NCBI GenBank assembly: GCA_016190245.1
Contig: JACPQY010000024.1
Coordinates: forward strand, 121,620-185,619
From: Nitrospirota bacterium
Lineage (GTDB): Bacteria > JACPQY01
Length of the DNA: 64,000 bases
Direction of reading: 5' to 3'
The notes beneath the pieces were generated by a model that did not search any database, had not been told where the DNA came from, and was given only the letters and a program-made list of their open reading frames with translations. The position numbers were made by a program, and so were the translations under genes. Shown here in pieces: positions 53,578 through 63,217 of this stretch (its first letter is position 1; each line of letters begins with the position of its first letter).

Positions 53578-54861
53578 TCAGTACGGCAGGCCGAGGACGT
53601 GGAGGAGGGTGAAGATGGCGAGGTCGCGGGAATAGGCCAGCTCGATCCGCCGGTTCTCGGCGGAGACGAGTTCGGTTTCGGCCTCGACCAGTTCCGTCTG
53701 ACTCGCGCGTCCCTGCTCGAAACGATGCGTTGTCGCTTCAAGGGTTTCCCGCGCGAGTGCGAGCGCCTGCTCGGACCAGCCCAGCGTTTGTTCCAACGTG
53801 CTCAGCCTCGACCGGGCCTCCTCGATCTGGAGGGCCACTTCCTTCTCCAGTGCTTCCACTTGCATCGCGGCCTGCCGGACGTCCGCCAGTCGCGCGCGGC
53901 GCTCCGCCACCCGCCTACCGCTCTCGAAGAACGGCCAGGACACCGTGGAGAGCGCCCGCCACGTCGTCCGATCCGCTCCTGACGTCGGCTCGTCCGTCCA
54001 GATGTACTGCCCCGCCACCGACAGCGAGGGCCAGAACTCGGCGCCCACCAGACGCACGCCCTTCTCGGCCTGGTCAACCGAGGCACGCGAACGAATCAGA
54101 TCCGGCCTGTGCCTGACAACTTCTTCGAGAGGCGTGTCGGGAGCCACCGCCGGTGGTTTCGGGCTCTCGAGCCGGCCCACGGATTCGACCCCCGTGATCC
54201 GTGAAAGTCTCTTCCGTGCCAAGTCAGCCCGCGCCTGTGCCTCAGCAAGCCGCGAGGCCGCCTCGGAAACCGCCACGTCCGCACGGCGGACGTCCGTTTC
54301 CGTCGCGCGGCCGTTCTCGTGGAACCGCCGCGTGGTCTCCGCGTGGGTCTTGGCCCGCCTCTCCGCCTGGCGCGCGATCTCCACAAGGGCGTCCGCTCTC
54401 AGAACCTCATAAAACTGAACGACCGTCTGGTAGCGCATTTCCCACAGCGCTTCGCCCCTTTCCGACTCGGCCCTCCGCACTCCACTCCTGGCCGCGGAAA
54501 CGGAGGCCCACGCTCGAGGCTCGATGATCGGCTGGCGCAGAGAAAGCTCCCCCATTCGCGTCCGCTCGGGCTGGAAGAGAAGGATCGAGGGCGGCTGCTC
54601 CGGATCGGAAGGCGGGAGGTCAATCGTGAGCTCCTGAGAATTCCTGAGGAGTGTCCCCTCCGCGGAGCTCGAAGGCCCGAGAAGGGCACGGGCAGCCGAG
54701 AGCCCCGCGCGCGCCCCCTCCACGGCATGGTCCGCAACCCTCACGGACTCGTGGCGAACCGACGACTCCAAACACTCCCTGAGCGTGAGCACTCCTTCTG
54801 CATTGCCCCCGCCCGCGCCGAGCAAGATTAGGAAGACCAGCGGCTGGTACATCGCCGTCAC
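53578..54861 (-). CDS. TolC-like outer-membrane efflux protein (OMF)
   Basis: 427 aa with a signal peptide and two tandem coiled-coil/beta-barrel repeats typical of the OMF family. Last gene of the efflux operon. Confidence 0.8.
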   Translation of the reverse strand: MTAMYQPLVFLILLGAGGGNAEGVLTLRECLESSVRHESVRVADHAVEGARAGLSAARALLGPSSSAEGTLLRNSQELTIDLPPSDPEQPPSILLFQPERTRMGELSLRQPIIEPRAWASVSAARSGVRRAESERGEALWEMRYQTVVQFYEVLRADALVEIARQAERRAKTHAETTRRFHENGRATETDVRRADVAVSEAASRLAEAQARADLARKRLSRITGVESVGRLESPKPPAVAPDTPLEEVVRHRPDLIRSRASVDQAEKGVRLVGAEFWPSLSVAGQYIWTDEPTSGADRTTWRALSTVSWPFFESGRRVAERRARLADVRQAAMQVEALEKEVALQIEEARSRLSTLEQTLGWSEQALALARETLEATTHRFEQGRASQTELVEAETELVSAENRRIELAYSRDLAIFTLLHVLGLPY

Positions 54862-55862
54862 CGCCGAGGGACCAGGATCTCCTCGCCCTCGCTGAGCCCC
54901 TCGAGGACCTCCACCTGGCCGTCGCCCCGCTCACCCAACCGCACCGCCCGCCGAACGGGATCCTTGCCGCCGACGCGCACCGAAACGAAGGGATCTTCTC
55001 TTCCCGTGTCCACCGCCGCTGCTGAAACAATAAGAACGCCCTCGCGTTCCAGCGTCACAATCCGCGCTTGCGCGGTCATCCCGGGCTTCAACTCCGTCGG
55101 GGAAAGGATTTCGATCTCGGTCTCGACCACCTTGGCATCGAGCTTCTCTCGCGGGTCGTCGGACAGCGCCTTCTTCCGCCCGGCCGCGGAGGCCACTTGG
55201 CGGACGACTCCCTCGAATGTTTCGCCTCGGAATGCATCACTCGTCACCACAGCCTTTTGCCCATCGCGAACGGTTCCTGCGTCGGTCTCATCCACTTCCG
55301 CCACAATCTTGAGTCGGCCAAGGTCGGCCAGTCGGAAGAGCGGGGCTGACGGCCCAACGCCGGAGATGGCTTCGCCTGTCTCGAAGTAGGTTTTGAGGAT
55401 CTTGCCTGAGAAGGGCGCGCGGACGACGTGATCCGCCAGCGACGACTCGGCGAGCTCGCGTTGCGCCGTCGCCCGCTCAAAGGCCGCCTCCGCCTCGTCC
55501 AGCGCCTCCTGGGGCACATCGCCCCTGCTCCGAAGGGCGCGCGTCCTCTCGAGCGTGAGGCGAGCGAGCTTCTCACCCGCCAAGGCCTCCTTGAGCCGGG
55601 CCATGAAATCGGCCCTTTCCAGCAGCACCACGGGCTCGGCCTCCTCCACGGAGTCGCCTTCAGCCTTGAGGTACGTCTCGATCCGTCCAGGCACTCGCGC
55701 GGAGACGTCCGCCATTCTCCACCCTTCCACGCGACCGGTGGCCACCACGGTTTTTCGGATCGTCCCCCGCTCGACCTTCCGTATCTCCTGGCCATGGTTG
55801 TTGCAGCCTGAGACCGCGAGGATCGACACGAACAGCACAACGAGCACACCGGCCTTCTTCAT
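54858..55862 (-). CDS. Periplasmic adaptor (membrane-fusion protein, HlyD/MacA-like) lipoprotein
   Basis: MKKAGVLVVLFVSILAVSGC lipobox. Biotinyl/lipoyl-like and beta-barrel MFP domains. 4-nt overlaps with flanking genes. Confidence 0.85.
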   Translation of the reverse strand: MKKAGVLVVLFVSILAVSGCNNHGQEIRKVERGTIRKTVVATGRVEGWRMADVSARVPGRIETYLKAEGDSVEEAEPVVLLERADFMARLKEALAGEKLARLTLERTRALRSRGDVPQEALDEAEAAFERATAQRELAESSLADHVVRAPFSGKILKTYFETGEAISGVGPSAPLFRLADLGRLKIVAEVDETDAGTVRDGQKAVVTSDAFRGETFEGVVRQVASAAGRKKALSDDPREKLDAKVVETEIEILSPTELKPGMTAQARIVTLEREGVLIVSAAAVDTGREDPFVSVRVGGKDPVRRAVRLGERGDGQVEVLEGLSEGEEILVPRR

Positions 55863-56575
55863 GATGGACGAACCTCCTCATGGTTTGCGTGTTGCTCCGC
55901 GAGCCGGCCGTCCTCCATGCGGAAGAGCCGGTCCACCAACTCCGAGACGCGGTGGTCGTGCGTCACGATCGCCACGGCGGAGCCGTTTTCGCGCGCGAGG
56001 CTGCGCAGGAGCGCGAGCACCTGCCGGCCGTTCTCGGAATCGAGGCTCCCGGTCGGCTCATCCGCCAAGATGAGCGGCGGTCGGGCCACGATGGCCCTCG
56101 CGAGCGAGACGCGCTGCTTCTGGCCGCCGCTGAGGTCCTTGGGCAGGAAACGCAACCGATCGGAGAGGCCCACTTTCGTCAGCGCCTCCTCGGCGTGCGC
56201 CCGAGCCTCGCGCCCAGCCATACCCCGGATCCGGAGCGCGAGCGCCACATTCTCGAGCGCCGAGAGCGCGGGGAAAAGGTTGAAACTCTGAAACACGAAC
56301 CCGATCTCCTCCCGACGAACCACCGGGAGCTTGCGCTCGGGCAGCCTCGCCGTGTTGCGCCCACGGATCCACATCTCCCCGGAGGTCGGACGCAGGATGC
56401 AGCCCATGATGGACAGCAGCGTGGTCTTCCCGCTCCCCGAGGGCCCCATGATGCCGAGGATCTCGCCGGGACGGACCTCGAGCGAGACCCCGCGCACGGC
56501 CTCCACAGGGACGCGCTCCTCGGTGTAGACCTTGCGGACGTTCTCCAGCTTGAGGACGGGCTCGGGCAGTGTCAT
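55859..56575 (-). CDS. ABC transporter ATP-binding protein (MacB/LolD-like)
   Basis: Start MTLPEPVLKLENVRKVY (ATG 56575, ATGA overlap with permease stop). Walker A GPSGSGKTT, signature LSGGQKQRVSLARA, Walker B LILADEPTGSLD. Confidence 0.9.
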   Translation of the reverse strand: MTLPEPVLKLENVRKVYTEERVPVEAVRGVSLEVRPGEILGIMGPSGSGKTTLLSIMGCILRPTSGEMWIRGRNTARLPERKLPVVRREEIGFVFQSFNLFPALSALENVALALRIRGMAGREARAHAEEALTKVGLSDRLRFLPKDLSGGQKQRVSLARAIVARPPLILADEPTGSLDSENGRQVLALLRSLARENGSAVAIVTHDHRVSELVDRLFRMEDGRLAEQHANHEEVRPS

Positions 56576-57699
56576 GTCTTGAACACCATCGCCGGATCCG
56601 TGTTCACGGCCTTGCGCACGGACACAATGGAGGCCAGCCCGCACATGACCAGAACCATTCCGAACACCGCCGCCTGAAGCCACGGCTCCATCACGATATC
56701 TATCCCCGTGCTCGAATACCCCTTCGCCAGAGGGTCCATGGCCAGGCGACCCACGCCGTAGCCGAGCACGGCGCTGATGAAGGCCTGCGTCAGGATGATC
56801 CGGTAGATGAGACCGTTCCCACCCCCGATCGCCTTGAGCGTGCCGTATTCCCGCAGATGCTCCACCGTGGCGGAGTACAGCGTCTGACTCACCACCACCA
56901 TGCCCACCACGAACGCCATGAAGGAACTGAGCGCGAACCCAACGCCCATACCCGTCTCAACGGTCCAGTACCGCCGGGTCCTACGGCTGAACTGCGCTGT
57001 CGTGAAGACATCGACATACGGCAGCCGCTCTGAGAGCAGACTCGCCGTTTCCCGCGCGTTCGCTCCGGGTTCGAGCGTGGCGAGGATGTAGGCCGTGTCC
57101 TCGGGCCGGTAATAGCTGCCCACCTTCTTGGCGGTCTTGTAGGAAGCGAACACGAACGGCGCCGTGGTGATCGAGCGTACGCCCCGTGAGTGCCCCACCA
57201 CGCGCACGGCTTGGCCGTACATCTCGCGCGTCGAGCCGATGGGAAGAGGCCCCAATTTCTTCTGAGACGATTCGTCGAAAATGACGAAATCGCCTCCCAC
57301 CACGTCGCGTATGTTCCCGATGCTCATCTCCCACGGCCCGCCCACGCCCCAGTCCGGGTGGAATCCGATGATGACGACCTGCTCGCGACCGCCGTTCTCG
57401 AGCTTGACGGTGGCGAACGCGAACAGGTAGGGCTCCGCCCGCTCGATCCCCGGCGTGGAGCGCACGACGTTGACGAACCGTTCCGGGATGGCCTCGGCCC
57501 ACTCGAAATTCGGCGTGCCGCGCGAGGTCACCCAGAGGTCCGCGCCGGAGTGATCGATGATCGAGGCGGCGTTGTTCATCGCCCCGAGGAAGATGCCCAC
57601 CTGCGCGAAGATCAGCACCACCGAGAAGGCGATCCCCACGAGCGTTGTGATGAACCGGATCTTGTCGTAGAGGAGATTCTTGTAGGCGACGATCAGCAT
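56572..57699 (-). CDS. ABC transporter permease (FtsX/MacB-type, 4 TM with large periplasmic loop)
   Basis: 375 aa. N-terminal TM, about 200-aa periplasmic domain, then a C-terminal three-TM FtsX-like domain (...LKAIGGGNGLIYRIILTQAFISAVLGYGVG...). Confidence 0.85.
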   Translation of the reverse strand: MLIVAYKNLLYDKIRFITTLVGIAFSVVLIFAQVGIFLGAMNNAASIIDHSGADLWVTSRGTPNFEWAEAIPERFVNVVRSTPGIERAEPYLFAFATVKLENGGREQVVIIGFHPDWGVGGPWEMSIGNIRDVVGGDFVIFDESSQKKLGPLPIGSTREMYGQAVRVVGHSRGVRSITTAPFVFASYKTAKKVGSYYRPEDTAYILATLEPGANARETASLLSERLPYVDVFTTAQFSRRTRRYWTVETGMGVGFALSSFMAFVVGMVVVSQTLYSATVEHLREYGTLKAIGGGNGLIYRIILTQAFISAVLGYGVGRLAMDPLAKGYSSTGIDIVMEPWLQAAVFGMVLVMCGLASIVSVRKAVNTDPAMVFKT

Positions 57700-57706
57700 C
57701 GCGGCC

Positions 57707-58435
57707 TCACTTTGGCAGCCACTCGCCCCTCGCCATGGCCTCGCGCACGCGCCGGTCCAGCATGCGGTCCAGCACGTACCGCCGGACGAAGCGGATATCC
57801 CGGGCCATGTCGAGCGTGGCCTTCACCGCGACCTCGGGCGGCAGCCTGCGCACCAGCCGATTGCGCAGGGCCAGTTCCTCGCGCAGGAGCGCGCGCGCAA
57901 CGCGTCGAACGCGCCGAAGATCGGAAGGCTTGAAACCGTAGACCGCATAGCGTCGGAGGATGCGGCCGTACTCCACGTCCTCCGCGTCGTACCGCCCGGG
58001 ACGCGTCGGCATGAGGATGCCCTCGCGCGTCAGGCGTTCCACCTCCGGGCGCGTGAGCCCCGTGAGGTCGCAGAACTTGGCCGTGTCCACCCCGAAGCCG
58101 CCCGCCTGAGCCCCGTCCAGGGACAGGACGCAACCCAACTCGATGAGCGTCTGGACGGGCGCTCCCCCCTCCACGAGGCCGAGGTATTTCTTGATGGCCG
58201 ACAGCTTGAGCCGCTGCTCGCTCTGGAGCCTCTTAATGAGCAGCAGGCGGTCCACCACCCCTTCGGGATAGAGATGGAAATTCGCCTTGAGACGGATCGG
58301 CTCTCCCAGGAGACCTTGCCGGGCGTAGAAGAGGATGGCCGTGCGCGAGATCCCCGTCCGGCGGACGAGCGCCGCCATCTTGAGCCCCCGCGCGGCCCCA
58401 TTCCCCGTTTGTTCAGCATCCAGTCGCTTCTGCAT
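57707..58435 (-). CDS. MerR-family transcriptional regulator
   Basis: HTH MAALVRRTGISRTAILFYARQGLL (the likely true start is the internal ATG at about 58378). First gene of the efflux operon. Confidence 0.75.
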   Translation of the reverse strand: MQKRLDAEQTGNGAARGLKMAALVRRTGISRTAILFYARQGLLGEPIRLKANFHLYPEGVVDRLLLIKRLQSEQRLKLSAIKKYLGLVEGGAPVQTLIELGCVLSLDGAQAGGFGVDTAKFCDLTGLTRPEVERLTREGILMPTRPGRYDAEDVEYGRILRRYAVYGFKPSDLRRVRRVARALLREELALRNRLVRRLPPEVAVKATLDMARDIRFVRRYVLDRMLDRRVREAMARGEWLPK

Positions 58436-58710
58436 AGTGATGAGTGTTACTTAGCACTATGCACAGGAGTTGTCAAGGCCGCCGCCCGTGATCCGTAGGC
58501 GACGATGCCGCTCGCATCTGTTGCTTTCCCGTAGCGCCCGGTTTCACGCCGGGCGAGCGCCGTCCGGCATAAAGCCGGACCCTACGGCCACCTTCACCTG
58601 ATGGGTGCCCCCGCGCGCGATGTGAACGGTGCTTGCCTGCGGATTACGAAAGATCCGGGAATCCCCACCCGGCAAATGAAGAAAGCCCGGGAAAGGCGTA
58701 CCCTGCCTCC

Positions 58711-59592
58711 ATGGTCGAGGACCGAAGCAGGCCCCGCCGACGTTCGAACAGCAATCCCGGGCAGAGTCCTTTTCGGAGGGCCATCGGCTTCCTCACGAGG
58801 CGCTACAACATCGACTCGTTGGACAACCGGAATGAGGAATGGACGGGTTGGATCGCCCGTTGGGCGGGTCGCGTCGTCGTTCCCTACCACCGCGGACAGG
58901 TGAGAGGCATCGATGCCGTCCCGGAAGGGCCCTGCCTGTTCGTCGGGAATCACAACGGCGGGGCCGTCAATCAGGACACGCTGATCCTCTTCCACGCTCT
59001 CTGCAACCGGTATGGCATCGGCGCAGTTCCGTATGGCCTTGGCCATGAGGTCGTGCTCAAACTCCCGGTCTTCCATCAGTTGTTCGTTCCGGGGGGCGCC
59101 GTTCGAGCCAGCCACCACAACGCAGAACGGCTCCTCGGGGCTGGCCGAAAGGTGCTTGTGTACCCGGGCGGCGATCTGGACAACTTCCGCCCCTTTCGCC
59201 ACCGACACCGTATCGTCTTCGGCGGACGCCGCGGCTACATCCGCCTGGCCTTGCGAGCGCGAGTGCCCATCCTCCCCGTGGTCGCCACCGGCGCCCACTC
59301 CACCTTCGTCGTGCTCGACGACATGCGCTGGCTTGCCCGCCTCATGCGTACCAATCGGTGGGCGCGAACCAAGGCATGGCCTCTCATCCTCAGCCTGCCG
59401 TGGGGTATCACGCTGGGCCCACTCCCCTTCCATTTTCCTCTGCCCGCCAAGATCACGGTCGAGATCCTCAAGCCCATCCGCTTCCCACGCTATGGCGAGA
59501 AGGCCGCGGGCGACGACTCCTATGTGAAATCGTGTGCCGACGAGGTGGAAGCGGCCATGCAGACCGCCCTGAGCCGCCTCGCGGAAGCCTGA
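58711..59592 (+). CDS. Lysophospholipid/glycerol-3-phosphate acyltransferase-family protein (LPLAT/PlsC-like)
   Basis: Start MVEDRS... within track ORF 58633... Acyltransferase box VGNHNGGAVNQD (HX4D-like) and PGG motif region ...VYPGGD.... Confidence 0.65.
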   Translation: MVEDRSRPRRRSNSNPGQSPFRRAIGFLTRRYNIDSLDNRNEEWTGWIARWAGRVVVPYHRGQVRGIDAVPEGPCLFVGNHNGGAVNQDTLILFHALCNRYGIGAVPYGLGHEVVLKLPVFHQLFVPGGAVRASHHNAERLLGAGRKVLVYPGGDLDNFRPFRHRHRIVFGGRRGYIRLALRARVPILPVVATGAHSTFVVLDDMRWLARLMRTNRWARTKAWPLILSLPWGITLGPLPFHFPLPAKITVEILKPIRFPRYGEKAAGDDSYVKSCADEVEAAMQTALSRLAEA

Positions 59593-59682
59593 CCCCGCGC
59601 CTCGTTCTGCGACCGCTTTCGCCCGCCGCCCTGCAGGGCTTCCCTTGAATCCCCCCGGGTCGTCTGATAGGAAGAGGGCGCC

Positions 59683-61002
59683 ATGCGTAACCCCCGGAGG
59701 GCTGCACGCTCAATCAGCCCTCTCCTCGCGCTCATTATCACCGTTCTCCTCGCCCCCGCCACCTCCGGGGCGCGCGAGCCCGAAGGCATCTTCCCCGAGA
59801 TCCGCGGCACCTTCGATCCCGCCGCGCTCGTGCCGATCCTCGAGCGGGCCTCGATTGTCGTGATCCACGAGCAACCGGGCAAACCAACCTACATCACGGG
59901 CATCCTTCTCATCCACGCCTCGTTCGAGAAGGTCTGGAGCGTGGTGACGGACTACGATCACTACCACGAGTTCGTGCCCAACGTGATCCACGTCATCGTG
60001 AAAGAAAAACGGCCCCAGGAGGGCACACAGGACTCCGAGTACAAGACCGGATTCAAGGCCGGCCCCATCGAGCTTGGAATCGTGTGGACCTTGGAGCAGC
60101 ACCTCCTGAAAGACGAGCACATGATCTGGGGCCTCCCCGCGAAGAAAGGCGAGCAGGCGTTCACGGAGGTCAACTACCGCGAGATCTACTTCCCGGTGGA
60201 CGAAACTCGCACGATCATGACCTACACCACATATGCGAATCTCTCCTCGTTCGGCGCGCTCGCCAAGCTCATGTTCAAAACCTTCCCCGAGTTGGAGACG
60301 CCCACCCTCGTCTCCGTGGGAACGCTCTTCCCGGAGTCCGTCAAGGAGCGCGTGGAGGGAATCAAGATCATCGTCGAGCCCAAGGACCTGGACCGGCAGA
60401 AGGTGGCCGTCCCCCCCCCACTGCGCAACAGCGCCGCCCTCGAAGGGCTGGTTCGGCGGTTCAAGAAGGTCGTCCTCTCGTGGTACCCGGATCCGAACGG
60501 AGCGCGCTTCGTCTCCTCCGTGGCCCTCGTGGACGCCTCCCCCGAGGCCTGCCGAACCGTCGTGTCGGACTTCAACCGCTACCCCAAGATCTTCAAGGTC
60601 ATGCAGAAATCACGGAAGATCAAAGGCGACGAGAAGGCCTTCACAGTCGAGTTCGACGTCAAGTACAAGGTCATTTTCCCGCTGGCGTTCGAGTACTCGC
60701 TCGACTATGCGTGGAGCGAGGACCGGTCGCGCCTTTCGAGCACGCTCAACCAGATTCGCGAACACAACCTGGGTAACGAATGGGCCGCGTGGGATTTCTA
60801 TCCGATGGACAACGGGACACTGCTCAGCTACACGAACTTCGCCGACCTCCGTTCGGCAGGGATGTTTATGCGCCTGCTCATGGACAACATCGTGGGATTC
60901 GGTCTTGGATTGCGCGTGGGCATGGTCTCGGTCCTGATGCAGGCTTTCTCGACAGCCATCATGGCCCCCCCCCCGGCCGCGGTGTCGGGGATGGGATTCT
61001 GA
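59683..61002 (+). CDS. Secreted protein with two SRPBCC (START/polyketide-cyclase-like) domains
   Basis: Signal peptide MRNPRRAARSISPLLALIITVLLAPATSGA. Two repeats of about 180 aa with START-like pattern (...FEKVWSVVTDYDHYHEFVPNV... and ...PEACRTVVSDFNRYPKIFKVM...). Confidence 0.55.
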   Translation: MRNPRRAARSISPLLALIITVLLAPATSGAREPEGIFPEIRGTFDPAALVPILERASIVVIHEQPGKPTYITGILLIHASFEKVWSVVTDYDHYHEFVPNVIHVIVKEKRPQEGTQDSEYKTGFKAGPIELGIVWTLEQHLLKDEHMIWGLPAKKGEQAFTEVNYREIYFPVDETRTIMTYTTYANLSSFGALAKLMFKTFPELETPTLVSVGTLFPESVKERVEGIKIIVEPKDLDRQKVAVPPPLRNSAALEGLVRRFKKVVLSWYPDPNGARFVSSVALVDASPEACRTVVSDFNRYPKIFKVMQKSRKIKGDEKAFTVEFDVKYKVIFPLAFEYSLDYAWSEDRSRLSSTLNQIREHNLGNEWAAWDFYPMDNGTLLSYTNFADLRSAGMFMRLLMDNIVGFGLGLRVGMVSVLMQAFSTAIMAPPPAAVSGMGF

Positions 61003-61097
61003 TACGGGAGCCGCGAGTCCGTCATGGGGCGGAGAGCCGCGAGCAGAACATGGGGAACCCACAGAAATTGAGCGGGAGGTAAGGAGGCAAACGCAAC

Positions 61098-62288
61098 GTG
61101 AACGTACATGAGTACCAAGCGAAGGATCTCTTGAAGGCCTTCCAGGTGCCGGTGCCGCGCGGTGTGCTCGCGCGCACCCCTGAGGAGGCCCGGCAGGCCG
61201 CGCTCCAACTGGGCACGTGGCCTGTCGTGATCAAGGCCCAGGTGCACGCCGGGGGCCGTGGCAAGGCCGGCGGCATCCGGCTTGCGTCGAGTGAGGCCGA
61301 AGTGGCGAACCTCGCGCCGAAGATGATCGGGATGACCCTCGTCACCCCGCAAACGGGCGCGCAGGGCAAGAAGGTCCGCATGCTTTACATCGAAGAGGGC
61401 CTGCCCATTGCAAAGGAGTACTACCTCAGTCTGGTCCTGGATCGGAGCCGCAACCGGATCGTGGCGATGGCCAGCACCGAGGGCGGTATGGAGATCGAGG
61501 AGGTCGCCCGCAAGACGCCCGAGAAGATCGTCAAGGTCGCGATCGATCCCGCCATCGGCGCCCTGCCGTCGCACGGACGCCGGGCCGGCCAGGCGCTCGG
61601 GCTCAATGGAGAGGCGCTTTCCCGGTTCGTGGGCCTCCTCAGCGCGCTCTATCGCGCCTACGTGGGGCTCGACGCCAGTCTTCTCGAAATCAACCCGCTC
61701 GTCCGCACGAAGGACGATCGGTGGTATGCGCTGGACGCAAAGGTGAACCTGGACGACAACGCCCTCTTCCGCCACAAGAACTACCTCGACCTGCGCGATG
61801 CCGCCGAGGAGGACCCCATGGAGGTCGAGGCCGCGAAACACGATCTCAGCTACATCCACCTCGATGGAAACATCGGCTGCATGGTGAACGGCGCGGGCCT
61901 CGCGATGTCCACGATGGACATCATCAAGCTCCACGGCGGCGAGCCCGCCAATTTCCTGGATGTGGGCGGCGGCGCCGGCGTGGAGAAGGTGGCCGCGGCG
62001 TTCAAGATCCTCGTTGCCGACAGGAACGTGAAGGCGATCCTCGTCAACATCTTCGGGGGCATCTTGCGGTGCGACACGCTCGCGCAGGGCATCGTGACGG
62101 CCGCCCGCGAGGTGTGGGGCAAGGGCGAGAAGATCGAGATGCCGCTCCCGCTCGTGGTCCGGCTCGAAGGCACCAACGTGGACCAAGGGAGAAAGACCCT
62201 GGCCGATTCCGGCCTGCCCATCATCGTGGCGGCCGACCTCGGGGACGGCGCGAAGAAGGCCGTCGCCGCCGCGAAGGGGGTGAGGTGA
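61098..62288 (+). CDS. sucC: Succinyl-CoA synthetase beta subunit
   Basis: [22 protein letters not shown]... ATP-grasp N-terminus and ligase-CoA domain. Canonical. Confidence 0.95.
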   Translation: MNVHEYQAKDLLKAFQVPVPRGVLARTPEEARQAALQLGTWPVVIKAQVHAGGRGKAGGIRLASSEAEVANLAPKMIGMTLVTPQTGAQGKKVRMLYIEEGLPIAKEYYLSLVLDRSRNRIVAMASTEGGMEIEEVARKTPEKIVKVAIDPAIGALPSHGRRAGQALGLNGEALSRFVGLLSALYRAYVGLDASLLEINPLVRTKDDRWYALDAKVNLDDNALFRHKNYLDLRDAAEEDPMEVEAAKHDLSYIHLDGNIGCMVNGAGLAMSTMDIIKLHGGEPANFLDVGGGAGVEKVAAAFKILVADRNVKAILVNIFGGILRCDTLAQGIVTAAREVWGKGEKIEMPLPLVVRLEGTNVDQGRKTLADSGLPIIVAADLGDGAKKAVAAAKGVR

Positions 62289-62291
62289 GCC

Positions 62292-63200
62292 ATGGCCGTA
62301 CTGATTGATCGCAGATCGAAAGTCCTGATCCAGGGCATCACGGGCAGCAACGGCGCCTTCCACGCCCGCCAGTGCCTCGAATACGGCACGAAGATCGTGG
62401 CCGGGGTGACGCCGGGGAAGGGAGGCGAATCCTTCGACCCTCAAAACGGCAAGCCGAAGCCCGTGCCCATCTTCGACACCGTGGAAGAAGCCAAACGCAA
62501 GACGGGGGCGAACGTCTCCGCCATCTTCGTGCCCGCCGCGTTCGCCATGGATGCGATGGTGGAAGCCATCGATGCCGAGATGGACGTGGTGGTGTGCATC
62601 ACCGAAGGAATTCCCGCGTACGACATGGTGCGGGTGAAACGCTACCTCGATGGGAAGAAGACTCGACTCATCGGGCCGAACTGCCCGGGGCTCATCACGC
62701 CGGGCGAGTGCAAGGTGGGCATCATGCCCGGCTACATCCACAAGAAAGGCGGCGTAGGGATCGTTTCGCGCAGCGGCACGCTCACCTACGAGGCCGTCTG
62801 GCAGCTCACGCAGCGGGGGATCGGACAGTCCACCTGCATCGGGATCGGTGGCGATCCGATCATCGGGACAGGCTTCGTGGACGCGCTGGACCTGTTCAAC
62901 AATGATCGCCAGACCAAGGCCGTGGTCATGATTGGCGAGATCGGCGGCACGCAGGAGGAGGAGGCTGCCGAGTTCATCCGTCGGCACGTGAAGAAACCGG
63001 TTGTCGCGTTCATCGCGGGCCAGACAGCGCCGCCGGGCCGCAGGATGGGCCACGCGGGCGCGATCATTTCTCAAGGGACCGGCACGGCGGCCTCCAAGAT
63101 GGAGGCGCTGAAGCGCGCCAAGGTCGAGGTGGTCAAGAGCCCCGCCTCGATCGGCGAGGCGATGGCGAAGAAACTCCGGCGCGGGCGCGCGCGGGGCTGA
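62292..63200 (+). CDS. sucD: Succinyl-CoA synthetase alpha subunit
   Basis: [27 protein letters not shown]... and the phosphohistidine loop ...GHAGAII.... Canonical. Confidence 0.95.
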   Translation: MAVLIDRRSKVLIQGITGSNGAFHARQCLEYGTKIVAGVTPGKGGESFDPQNGKPKPVPIFDTVEEAKRKTGANVSAIFVPAAFAMDAMVEAIDAEMDVVVCITEGIPAYDMVRVKRYLDGKKTRLIGPNCPGLITPGECKVGIMPGYIHKKGGVGIVSRSGTLTYEAVWQLTQRGIGQSTCIGIGGDPIIGTGFVDALDLFNNDRQTKAVVMIGEIGGTQEEEAAEFIRRHVKKPVVAFIAGQTAPPGRRMGHAGAIISQGTGTAASKMEALKRAKVEVVKSPASIGEAMAKKLRRGRARG

Positions 63201-63217
63201 ACCGCCCACCGGCGCCT

